From contig JALDZS010000049.1 of assembly GCA_022813965.1 (NCBI GenBank), forward strand, positions 1-64,000: a stretch of DNA of 64,000 bases, written 5' to 3'. This document shows positions 1 through 10,800 of this stretch, one piece after another (within the stretch, counting starts at the first letter, position 1; each line of letters opens with the position of its first letter). A program made the translations under genes and the position numbers. This DNA comes from Toensbergia leucococca (Eukaryota). The notes beneath the pieces were generated by a model. That model searched no databases and was not told where the DNA came from. It saw only the letters and a list, made by a program, of their open reading frames with translations.

Positions 1-1400
1 ACCTACTCTAAATCACAGGGGCTTTCATTGTATTATGAAATACCTACTTGTCAGTAATGCAACGCCTTGTTTCATTTCAATAACACCTTTTATCATAATC
101 TTAGAGTGTATTATCACTGTCAATAAGAATGAAGATGTGTTTATAAGGTGACACAGGCAAAAGCTAGGCATAAAGAATGAACTCATAACAGATAGTGAGT
201 AGATGTTATAATCATTCTATGAAGAATTTAAGACACATGAGGCCTGACCTATGATATATCATTGAGAGTAATGACTTTTTCTCTTTTGATGAGCATGTTG
301 TCACAGTTCTATCTTAGGTTAGTGTCCTCAGACCTAAATCAATCAATTGTTTTGACCTCATACACTAAATATTTGTAATCTTAGCATCTAGAATGTCAGT
401 GAGCATACAACATAGCAAGGGTATTATCAACTATTATTTTAAACCCTTACACTCACTTTTACTAATAATAATTTATACATTCAAATCTATTATGTTATTG
501 AATTATTTTATCATTTTCTTTACTTCTTTAAAAATAATAAACATGAAAAGAAGTCTTTTATCTGCAGAGATACACTTTATAATAGAGACTTATTCTTTAT
601 TATTATTTTAAGCCTTATATTTACATCAGTCTTAAAGTATAAAACTCACATTTTGTTAGCATTATTAAAGTAATATTCTTTCTTATTCATATTATATATA
701 TCTTTTATCTGAATGTCATACTTTTGTATGTTTGTTTTTACTCTTTTAAGTTATTTTCTTATGCTTGCTTTATTATATGTTGCATTGTGTTTCTTATTTA
801 ATGACTGACTGAATGCACTATATATAAGAGAATAATATATTAGATATTTCTAAACTCAGTTGATTTTTAGTGTTATACATTATAAATAAGTCTAAGATGA
901 TAAGATAAGATAATAAGATAAAGACATACATTTTTGATTTTCTTTCTCTATTAATATCTTTGTCATTATTGATTGAACATGTTTAACTTTAAGAGATCAA
1001 TCTCATTGTTCTATTTAAAGAATTTAATTCTTTAATGCTTTCTTCTCTGCAGAGATAAGTCATTAATTATTCTCTTTAACCTTATAATAAGACTGAGTTG
1101 TTTCAGTGATTTATTATTATAATGTGAAAGAAATTAAGTTATACATCTTAGTAAGTAATGTAACAGAGATCTTTTTATAAGTTATAATAGCTTTATGATA
1201 TTCACTGATAGTAAGATCTAGTCATTTCTCTTTAGATATCTCATTAGATACCTCTTTTTTAGTCTTTTTAGTCTTTAAAGACATGATGAATTGATGATGT
1301 TGATGAGAGAAAAGATGAGAAGAAATTTTTTTTTTTAGTGTTTCTGATCAGATTAGCGTGCCGCATAGTTAGGTTTGCCGCATTGTGGGGTAACCATGAG
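1..1400 (-). mobile_element. RIP-inactivated Tc1/mariner-superfamily (pogo/Fot1-like) DNA transposon, 5' part; the element runs off the window start
   Basis: The region is very AT/TpA-rich. The minus-strand translation from ATG at 1284 gives a stop-riddled CENPB-HTH-like segment (LISAEKKALKN*IL*IEQ*D*SLKVKHVQSIM). It also gives a degenerate first DDE motif, QKYDIQIKDIYNMNKKE (about 676-725; family consensus YNMDExG). The terminus at about 1355-1400 has two TGCCGCAT subrepeats (1359, 1376) and is followed by TA at 1401-1402. Confidence 0.85.
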
Positions 1401-1718
1401 TATGAATTTCATTCAAAATGAATAAATATTAACTCTCACATCGCCTTTTACAGAGAACCAGGCTGGAGCATTAGGCAGCAGGACAGGTACTAGTAGCTAA
1501 AGAAAGAAGCATCTTTCATGGCTTAAAAAGCTCCTAAGTAAACACATTGATAACTCAATAGAGGAATGTTATGATGGGGTATTCTATGCCAAGACTGCGC
1601 TGCGGAACGGTGGCCATTCCGAATAGAATACTTACGAGTAACTTTTTGACGAACCTTGAACGCATAATCGAGTACAGACTCCAAGATCCTTCCTGAAGCC
1701 CATGCCCTACCATCCATC

Positions 1719-3794
1719 ATGACAGCCACTACCCGCCGCATGTTGAAGGTATCAACAAATTTTTTGCCTTTGCCTATATTCCTTTGCCCTGCAGTCGAAA
1801 CAGTATGGAACATGCCTCGAGCAAGGATAGTGTGTAGCCCCATGTTCCAGAAACGCCAGTTGCATGTGGAGGCTGCAGCGGCGCCAGCACAGCGAAGCTT
1901 GCCATCGATTGTGCAGCTCAATGGCCTACCATGGTCATGCCCAGGCTGTGGCGCCTTCACTCAAACCTCAACCCCATACCACCCGGGATTCTACACCATC
2001 ACTCGCAAATCAGTAAAGGCCTTTGTAGCTCAACACGGCGATGTCTTTAGCAACACGAATCCAGGAGAGTCGCAAGTCTTCAATGACGTGCTAAATCAAG
2101 CAGATCAGAGTCTTTTGCAGAATCTAGGGCTAGCAGATACATCAACCACTCCACGAGGTTGGTCTCTGTGACCCGTTCTCTTTCTGACCCTCGAAGCTGA
2201 CCATGTGTCAGAAAAAGAGACTACAGAAAAAAAATCGACACCTATATGTGATCGTTGTCATGACCTGCTACATCATCATCATGGGGTTTCCATTGGTCAC
2301 CCAACTCTACGGTCTATTCAAGACATCATCTCCGAGTCCCCATACAAGTATAACCATATTTATCATATTCTAGATGCCGCAGATTTTCCGCTTTCTCTGA
2401 TCCCTCAACTACAACGCCAGCTCTCACTAATGCCCCAAAGGTCTCTGAATCGCCGCGCGAAAACTGGTAAGTTTTATCATGGCCGGAAAGCTGAAATGAG
2501 TTTTATTATTACGCGCTCCGACTTGTTGGCTCCAAATAAGGAACAAGTTGATTCTTTGATGCCTTACCTCTTGCGAGTACTTCGTGATGCGTTAGGCTCG
2601 TCTGGTAGAGATGTTCGGCTGGGGAATGTGAGATGTGTCAGCTCGAAAAGAGGATGGTGGACAAAGCAGATCAAAGAAGATATTTGGAATCGTGGAGGAG
2701 GTGGATGGATGGTTGGCAAAGTGAACGTGGGCAAGAGTAACCTTTTTGAGTGTGTTTTCCCTAAAGGACGCAATGAAGACGTCAATTTCGAGTCTTTGCG
2801 CCACGGTACCGAGCGAATGGTGACTCTTGAAGATCGCAATTCGAATGCTTCCTTACGAGACCCATACGATTTCCAGGACCATGATCAACGAATTACTCCA
2901 ATAGTCGACAAGGAATACAATGAAGACTATGGTCCCAGTGAAATTTTGAGTTTGCCTCCTGCACCCTTAGAGACAGCATTTCCAATGATGCCCGTTGTTT
3001 CGTCACTCCCTGGCACAACTGCGTCCGCTATCAGGCTCCCTTTCGGTGGCGGTAAGGGCGAATTGGTCGACCTCCCTGGACTATCAAGGGGCAACCTGGA
3101 TGACCATGTGAACGAGAGCCATAAGCTAGACCTCGTTATGCGACACCGGGTGAAGCCGGAACAAAAGGTGATCAAGCCAGGCCAGTCGCTGCTTCTTGGG
3201 GGACTCATTCGCATCACACCAACGACACCCGATGTTGTAATGCTGGCTTATCCATTTATACCCATGGAAAGCCATGTCACCTCAAATGAAAAGGCAATCG
3301 CGATACACACTCAGCAAGAGCTCTTTAACGTGCCAAGTATCACGCAGATAGGTGCCGGAGAGAAGATGGCCTCGGCTGGAATTTTCAAATTGAAATGGGA
3401 TGTGACCAAGCAACGAGCCGGTCCGCTGACCTCCTCTGCAGCGGTCGGTCTGAATACCCGAGTCCTACCCTTTGTGGTCTTGTCTACAGATATCCTGATT
3501 GAAGGTTGTGGATGGGTTGAGCTTGTCGTACAGGTTCGAAAAAAACAACTCGAGTCTATGAGTGCTAAGGGCGATGACAAAGATTACATTGAAGGATCTC
3601 CAGCAGTGGAAATCTATAGCCCTAATGGGGAACACATCGGAGCACGTCGACCTATGGGCGGTTGGATCCTCGGTGGGCCGAAGCACGTTCCTCGGAGCAA
3701 GAGGACTGTGAGGCCTAGGCGCAGCATGAAAGGTGTCAAGAAGCGACTAAAGTTAGCCAAACGTATGACCCGTGCAAATAGTACAGTCAAATAA
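1719..3794 (+). CDS. GEP3: Mitochondrial circularly permuted GTPase (Gep3/Mtg3/NOA1 family); 2 exons, intron about 2158-2211; start could be 1719 or 1740
   Basis: Zinc finger CPGCG...CDRC spans the intron. Also DAADFP, TRSDLL, the P-loop GKVNVGKSNL, SSLPGTT and DLPG, in G4-G1-G3 permuted order. Confidence 0.85.
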
Positions 3795-4207
3795 CTGCAT
3801 TGAATCCTCTCAATGACAGGTAGTCTGCACATCTACCTGGTATATGAAAGCAGATAATTTAGCACTACGTGTAGGTGGGGATCTCTTTGTATGACTGCAC
3901 CGCGGTCAGACTCAAACTGAAATATGTAAGGTAGGTCCACCATGAGAAAACGTAATACTATGTAGGTATTGATGTAGCCTAAAGGAGCCTAGCATTCGGA
4001 AGCTAAGCTCAATACGGACCTGCAGCTAGACAATCCTTACCTAGTTCATATTGTAGCTCGCTGCAATTACCTTATGTTCACGGGGCAGATGCGGCACAGC
4101 AGGCTCTTGAAACTCTCCGAGTCTGTCATCCGCATTACGAAGATCGTTGATCGATTTTGTTCTTTCATTTCAATGCCACTTCGAAAAAGAGACTTCGCGT
4201 TTCCGGT

Positions 4208-4927
4208 ATGGTGAGCGTTATACGGCGTATGAGGAAGCTGAAAGCTGTAAGTCACTCGCATCGCAACTCTTGCGACTGCCGTCAAATCTGACCATTTTTG
4301 ATCTCGCAGAAAGTATGTACGCGTTCCATCAATTCTATCCTGGTTACCAAGCTGACCAGCCCTCTTCAGCTTCTTGCCCTTCGTTTGGGCCCTGGAGCTG
4401 CTATTTTACCCCAGGACGTTAAAAAAATTCATATGAACTTTGCCGTCAAGATCAACGATGGACATTTCGGAGCTCGCAAGTTCTGGCACAGCTACCTCGG
4501 AAGGCTCAAATACCATAACCCTGCGGTTTCAATGACCTTGAACCGCACCAACGACCAAAGTGGTCCGGCCATCCTCACTGTCTTCTTCGCCCCACCAGCG
4601 GCTCCCATGGCATCTCCCGCCCCGCCTTTGTCAACAAGCATTACTATTTCACCATCACAGCAGATGCCTTTCGATCGGACGGAATCGATCGACATGAAGC
4701 ACAAGCACGAGTCTGAGATATTATCGCGATTGATGAGTATCACAAATGCCAGTCCAGTTTTGCCTACTCCCGAGGAAGAGGTGGAAATGCTGCAGATGGA
4801 AGATGATAGGAAGACGAGCGAGCAAGATGCACTGACTATGGCTCAAGTCTATCAGAAAATGAAACGAGAGAAGGCTCTGCTTTTGCAAGCTAGGGGGGAT
4901 GTTGAGAAAGTCAAAGCGCAAGCCTAG
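4208..4927 (+). CDS. MRP49: Mitochondrial large ribosomal subunit protein, L51/S25/CI-B8 domain (Mrp49/mL61-like); exons 4208-4246, 4310-4312, 4370-4927
   Basis: The spliced protein reads MVSVIRRMRKLKA-K-LLALRLGPGAAILP...GHFGARKFW...LKYHNPAV. Both introns are canonical (GTAAGT..CTGAC..CAG and GTATGT..CTGAC..CAG). Confidence 0.8.
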
Positions 4928-5299
4928 GTAGGGCTAGTAGGCTCAGAGATAAATCAGCTGTAAAGTTCACAAACATGGTTTCTTCTTTAGGAGGCGTAGA
5001 ACATCCGCGTAACAGAAACAGAGGAAGGGATAGCAAAGGTCGTCCTATTTATTTGAAACTTCGCTCTCTCACATCGAGACTTAGAATTCTTATACCGAAA
5101 TATGGTGCCCTGCGTCATGATATACATTTGACTTGTCTTTCAGATTCGAATACTCTGGGCTTAAGAGACTTGCGTACCGAGAATAATGTTCTTCTCGATC
5201 ACCCTGACTCTAGTATATACAAAGCGCCTGCTTCTCGAGTCCAGATCAAGTCCATGGCCATCTTACAAATATCTCGCGCCAAATACCCACTACTGCAAC

Positions 5300-5923
5300 C
5301 TATTGATCGAGACGGACCGGAAATGTGCCATTGCCTTGAATTCAGAGATAAGCTTATACATATACAAAGGGACAGAATCAGGTTCAGCTTACTTCGCTGG
5401 TCGTCCCATCGTTCACACCAGGCACTAGGGCAGAGAGAACGGTACGCGAGAAAAAACTGCGCAACAATTATTTGGGAAAATTAAATATAGCTTGATTGCC
5501 TGTTCAGTACGATGCGTACCTGACGGCAGGGAGCGAAATCTTCGCCTTTGGCGAGGATACATTTCTGGTAATCGACGTAATTCTGCCAACAATGCTTTGT
5601 TCTTGATGTATCATAAGCTTCTGATCCTAATCGTATGGGCCATCCAAGTAAACCCTCACTGATTCTGGTTGGGAAACCGAGCATCAAAGCCTGAGACACA
5701 GAGCACATGTTAGTTCCAATCTAGGACCTTTGACTATGTTTTTGAGTCGATCTCTTCTATCGCAATAATTGCATTATAGGAGATCAATTATAGGGAAGCA
5801 CAGGTGATCGACGTACCGGCTGGTCTGGAATTAGTGACCATGTACACGGAACTGAATATAGATGGATTGCTCACCAGTGACGAATTTGAACGGTTTTGTC
5901 TCACGTTCTTCGCTGTCAGACAT
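5300..5923 (-). CDS. COX12: Cytochrome c oxidase subunit 6B; exons 5923-5875, 5819-5817, 5690-5660, 5601-5520, 5456-5393, 5334-5300
   Basis: The spliced protein is MSDSEERETKPFKFVTAGFDARFPNQNQTKHCWQNYVDYQKCILAKGEDFAPCRQFFLAYRSLCPSAWCERWDDQRSNGTFPVRLDQ, with the CX9C/CX10C cysteine pattern. Confidence 0.95.
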
Positions 5924-6267
5924 TTTGTGAGGTCAATGGATGATCTGGTTCTGTAGGTGTTATTGGAAGAAGCGTTGATAAACCAGCAAAGGTGGGCACG
6001 CGAATGCAAAGTCGCTACTCTGTACGAGTATCCGTAGATGAAGTGAGGTGGATGATTCGGCTGGTGGCGCGAGTGGCGCCATGATTGGCCGGCCGCTAAA
6101 TAGAGTTAGCTCAACTCCAAAGACCTGCTACCTACTTACCTAGGTACGGAGTAACCACCGACTAGTACCTATTACAGCTTCCCACGTAAGATTGGTTGTA
6201 GTAAAAGTTCTCTTCTTGCCTCTATTGCCTGGTTTTACAGATCAATCTTAGGGCAACATTTGACATC
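5924..6267. promoter_or_regulatory. Bidirectional promoter between COX12 and the NDUFA4-like gene, with two CCAAT boxes (ATTGG at 6084 and 6191)
   Basis: A 344-bp gap separates the two divergent ATGs. CCAAT boxes are the known Hap complex site in respiratory gene promoters. Function here is inferred. Confidence 0.45.
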
Positions 6268-6782
6268 ATGTATCCTACACGTGTTCTGCGAATGCAAGCA
6301 AGCCGGCCGCTTATGAGGCCCTTACCAGTAAGTCAGAGAACCCGCAAAGTTTGATCCCCTATACTGACATCAGGCAGAAAGAAGAGCATAGCGGTAGGAT
6401 ATGATCCCTTGTTATTGAGCAGCATACGTCCTTTCATTGGGTGACCAGCTAGACTGAAAGACAGCTAATGATGTTCAAATGGCAATAGCACACACTATTT
6501 CACAACGCTTGCGGACGCTCAAGAAGATCCCACCCGAGTTGATCCCTCTAGGTATGATTGGTCCTAGACCCAAGTATAACAGTGACTGACCTGGCGTCCA
6601 AATGCAGGCGTTGTGCTCGGGTAATGTCGCTACAACATCTGCGTTCACAAAGATTAGACTCTGACTAGAACGTATGGTGTAGTATCGCCGTTGGCGCAGC
6701 ATTCTACTCGATGGGCAACAAATTATTCACCGACAAAACCCTGCGTCTTACGAAATCAAATAGGTCAGACAAGTTCAAATAG
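6268..6782 (+). CDS. NDUFA4/MLRQ (COXFA4)-family small mitochondrial membrane protein; exons 6268-6327, 6378-6393, 6489-6551, 6608-6620, 6683-6782
   Basis: The spliced protein is MYPTRVLRMQASRPLMRPLPKEEHSAHTISQRLRTLKKIPPELIPLGVVLGIAVGAAFYSMGNKLFTDKTLRLTKSNRSDKFK. It has the PELIPL motif, one TM helix and DxxLRL. All four introns are GT-AG and keep frame. It is absent from the ORF track. Confidence 0.8.
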
Positions 6783-6956
6783 GCGGAATAGCTGTTCAGG
6801 TCAGGTTCAACAGCGGTGTAGGAGCAAGTGGGTTTGTACGAGTGATATTTAGATGTCCACAAGATGGATCTATCGCTCTGTCATTCGAGAGCTGTAGAAG
6901 AATAAAACCTGAGACATTTCAATCAAGCTGGGAAGAGCATACGTACTGCATATCGA

Positions 6957-7497
6957 TCAGATTTCTCGTGCCGGCTGAGGACCAGCGACATCTAAACCTT
7001 GAAGCCCTTGCATAGGATCTTCTGGAATAGCCTCTGGCGGACGCCGTCCTTGCTCGGTACCTGATCGATCCTCTTCACTGACCGCATGTTTCGCTAGCCA
7101 GCCCTCCTAAAATGACATGAACTTAGAAGTTTTGCCTCACAGCTGAAATCTCTATGTAGAATCGAATGGGTTATACCTGATTCCATACTGCCGTCTTGCT
7201 ACCTAATCCTTCATTGCTCTCTTTCTGCGGCTTCGCTGCCGCTACTTTGATCACACGACCGAAAAGCTCGCTCTGATCCATGTTTTCAATTGCTTCCTTT
7301 GCATCTTCCGGAATCTCGAACTCAACGTAGCCAAATCCACGATGCAAATCCGTTGATGAAGGAAGCTCGGGCTTCGGGATGGTGACATCTGTAATCTCGC
7401 CAAACGGAAGAAAAGCATCTAATAAGCGCCTCTCGTTAACGGCATTGTCGAGGCCGCCGATGTAGATGGTTGCTTTCAGACGTGCAGTATCTGACAT
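6957..7497 (-). CDS. RRM-only homolog of the cyclophilin E/Cyp33 (PPIE) N-terminus; intron 7176-7107
   Basis: RNP2 is IYIGGL and RNP1 is RGFGYVEF, followed by NMDQSELFGRVIKV. Exon 2 reads EGWLAKHAV...DPMQGLQGLDVAGPQP. No PPIase domain is present. Confidence 0.8.
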
Positions 7498-7834
7498 GGC
7501 CGTAGCAGCCCAAGATATTTGATCAACCTAAATTCCGGGGCTTATTAATCTCAAGTTCTAACAGACAGAATCTACGAGTAGAAGGATGATCTAAGCTACA
7601 TGTAGCTAGACTATGTCACGTGACCCATCTGCCAAGGAGTTGTGGGCGGTCTCGGAGCATGTTCATTGGCTGAAGAAAGTTCGCGACACTTCTGCCCGAA
7701 ATATTTCTGGCATCTAATTGTGTCCACACTCTGCCTACGGACTTCATTAGATGAGGGCCAACTGAGTTATCGCCTTCTACCCGCTATCTTGAGTCACCCT
7801 TGGAGCTGAGGCGCTCAGAAGCGTTTTATCTATC

Positions 7835-10800
7835 ATGGTCAGGTTGCGTGAGATACCAAGAACAGCTACATTCGCCTGGTCGCCTGGAAAAGCTTCATCC
7901 CTTCTTGCTACAGGCACTAGAGCAGGTGCTGTCAATGCAGACTTCTCCGACGACACGCAGCTTGAAGTATGGGACTTGGCTCTGGACAATGCTAACCAAG
8001 GCACTGAGTTATCACCGGTCGCTAGCCTAGATACAGACTCACGGTAAGAGGTGTCCTAATCTCACGCAATATTTTACGCAAGACATGCATTGACTTGACT
8101 CTGGCGGGCAGATTTCATGACATCGCATGGGTACGCGAGAGTGATGAATTTCCTAGGGGAGTGATTGCTGGCGCACTGGAAAATGGATCTTTAGATCTGT
8201 GGAATGCGGAAAAGCTTTTGAGTGGAGACGGGTGAGGGTTCTATCATTGAAGAGACAACACCAGTCTCATAAATTGCAGGGGTGCATTCATGTCACGTAC
8301 CTCAAAGCACAGTGGAGCAATAAAGGCTCTTCAATTCAACCCTTTCCGTTCTGATTTATTAGCGACCGCAGGAGCGCAGGGAGAGGTATGGGACTCCTTT
8401 TCCATGCACCGCTAAGCCACTGATCAGACCCAAGTTATTCATTTCTGACCTCAATAATATTGGGAGTCCATTCCGTTTAGGTAAATCAGCAGCTAGAGCT
8501 GATGACTTCGAATGTCTTGACTGGAATAAGGTCGTGCCACATATCTTGGTCACAGGTAGTAGTGGAGGGTTTGTAACAGTCTGGGACGTCAAGACCAAGA
8601 AAGAGAGTTTGACATTGAATAACGATGGCAGGAAAGCTGTCAGCGCTCTAGCGTGGGATCCGACGAATGTCAGTAGAGCACTTGTGCTTTCTTCTATTCT
8701 CCCGTTAATCAATAATAGCCGACGACGCTCATAACCGCAGTACCGCATGACACTGATCCGCTCATTCTAGTCTGGGATTTGAGAAAATCTGATGCACCAT
8801 TGCGAGTGAGTTTATTCCAATACTTGTGACGTTAGCATACAAATTAAACTCTCCGTAGTCTCTAGTCGGCCACGATGGAGGCGTGCTCTCTGTGTCTTGG
8901 TGTCAGCAGGACCGCGATCTACTGCTGTCGTGTGGAAAGGATAATCGAACAATCTGCTGGAATCCCCAGACGGGCAAGCCGTATGGCGAATTCCCCATTG
9001 TGACGAATTGGACGTTCCAAACTAGATGGAACCCTCAAAACCCTAATCTCCTGGCTACAGCGTCATTCGATGGCAAAATAGCAATCCAAACAATTCAGAA
9101 CACGAAGCCTGAGACGAATCCGGCTGCTGGCCAGACTGAAGCTTTGAAAGGTGAAGATTTTTTTGAAAAGGCGCAATCACAGCCTCAAAGTGCCACTTTC
9201 AGTCTGCCAAAGGTTCCTAAGTGGTTCGAAAGGCCCTGCGGCGCCTCTTTTGGTTTCGGCGGAAAGATCATCAGCTTCAACGATGGTAGCTCTTCAGGAG
9301 CATCGAGGCATTCAACGATCGTATCTCTTCAGGAGCATCGAGGCATTCAACGATACGTATCTCTACCTTCGCACTCGATGTCGGGGTTGGTACGTCTACA
9401 GAAAAGTTTGAAAGGGCTTTGAAACAAAACAACCTAGAAAGCATTTGCGAAGCTAGAATTACTGGTTCAAATACTCCTGCAGAAAAGGCTGATTGGGAAG
9501 TGATCAAGACTCTGACGTGTAATAATCCTAGAAAAGAGCTTATAGACTACCTTGGCTTCTCAAGCAGTGTTGACGAGGCTGCCGATGGAATTTCGAGACT
9601 TGCTAGTAATGAGGTCGAGAACAAGGAGACCAAAGCGTCTCAAGCTAACGGATCAGTAACATCGAGAAACAATCGTCTGTCGGCCTTTTTCGATAATTCT
9701 TCTGATGGAGATAGCTTTCTTTCCGATCTGGCTGCTACTAAGGGTGCAAAAACCAATAATCCTTTCCAGATTTACTCTGGATCCGAATCTGAGTCGAATA
9801 GGAGGATCACCCACGCTCTTCTGCTGGGGCATTTCGAGGAAGCTTTAGACGTGTGTTTGCAAGAAGACAGGATGTCCGACGCATTCATGATAGCTATTTG
9901 CGGGGGCCAACGCTGCATCGACAAAGCACAGAAGGCATACTTCACAAATAAGGCAGAAGGGCCTAATTATCTACGATTGCTAGCTTCTGTAGTTGGTAAG
10001 AACTTATGGGATATTGTTTACAACGCAGGCCTAGATAATTGGAAAGAAGTGATGGCTACGCTATGCACCTATGCCAATACCGAGGAATTTCCAGACCTTT
10101 GTGAAGCTCTTGGAGATCGCTTAGAGGACCAAATGAAAGCCAATGGAGGCGATGTCAGTCTCCGCAAGGATGCTTCTTTCTGTTACCTTGCAGGTTCGAA
10201 ATTGAAGAAGGTCGTTGCAATATGGATAGCAGAGCTTGCTGATGATGAACTCTCTGGGTTGCAAGACGGTAGTAACGAATCAACATTCTCAATCCACGCA
10301 CACTTGCTTCAGAAGTTCATTGAAAAGGTCACAGTATTTCGTGCGGCCACAAATTTCCACGACGACGATCGACGTGCCATCTCCGGTTGGGGCCTGTCTC
10401 CACTCTATGATAAGTATACCGAGTATGCTGATATTGTTGCTTCGCATGGACAACTTCAGATTGCTGAAAGGTATCTTGACCTGTTACCAGACAAATATCC
10501 CGCGGCCGAAGTTGCTAGGAATCGAGTAAAACAGGCAATACGAAAAATTGAAATACCGCAGGCAGCAAAGCAACCAACGAGTGGCTCTCGACCTGCTCAA
10601 CAAATGTCATCCAACATAGAAAACTTCCAGAACCAGCAGGATGAAGCCAAGGTTCCTGGAAACTCCTATGCTCCGCCAATTTCTGATCATTCGCAAAATC
10701 CTTATGCTCCCATGAATCATCAACAGCCCCAACAAATCCGACAGCAACCACGACAACCGCCGAGCATGGGCCCGCATTCAGCTTATAGCGCCCCACAACA

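Noticed and set aside
393..611. 72-aa plus-strand ORF in the AT-rich region
   Set aside because: It is antisense to the RIP-decayed transposase and has a low-complexity I/L/F/Y composition.
4975..5484. 169-aa plus-strand ORF
   Set aside because: It overlaps COX12 exons in antisense and has no recognisable motif.
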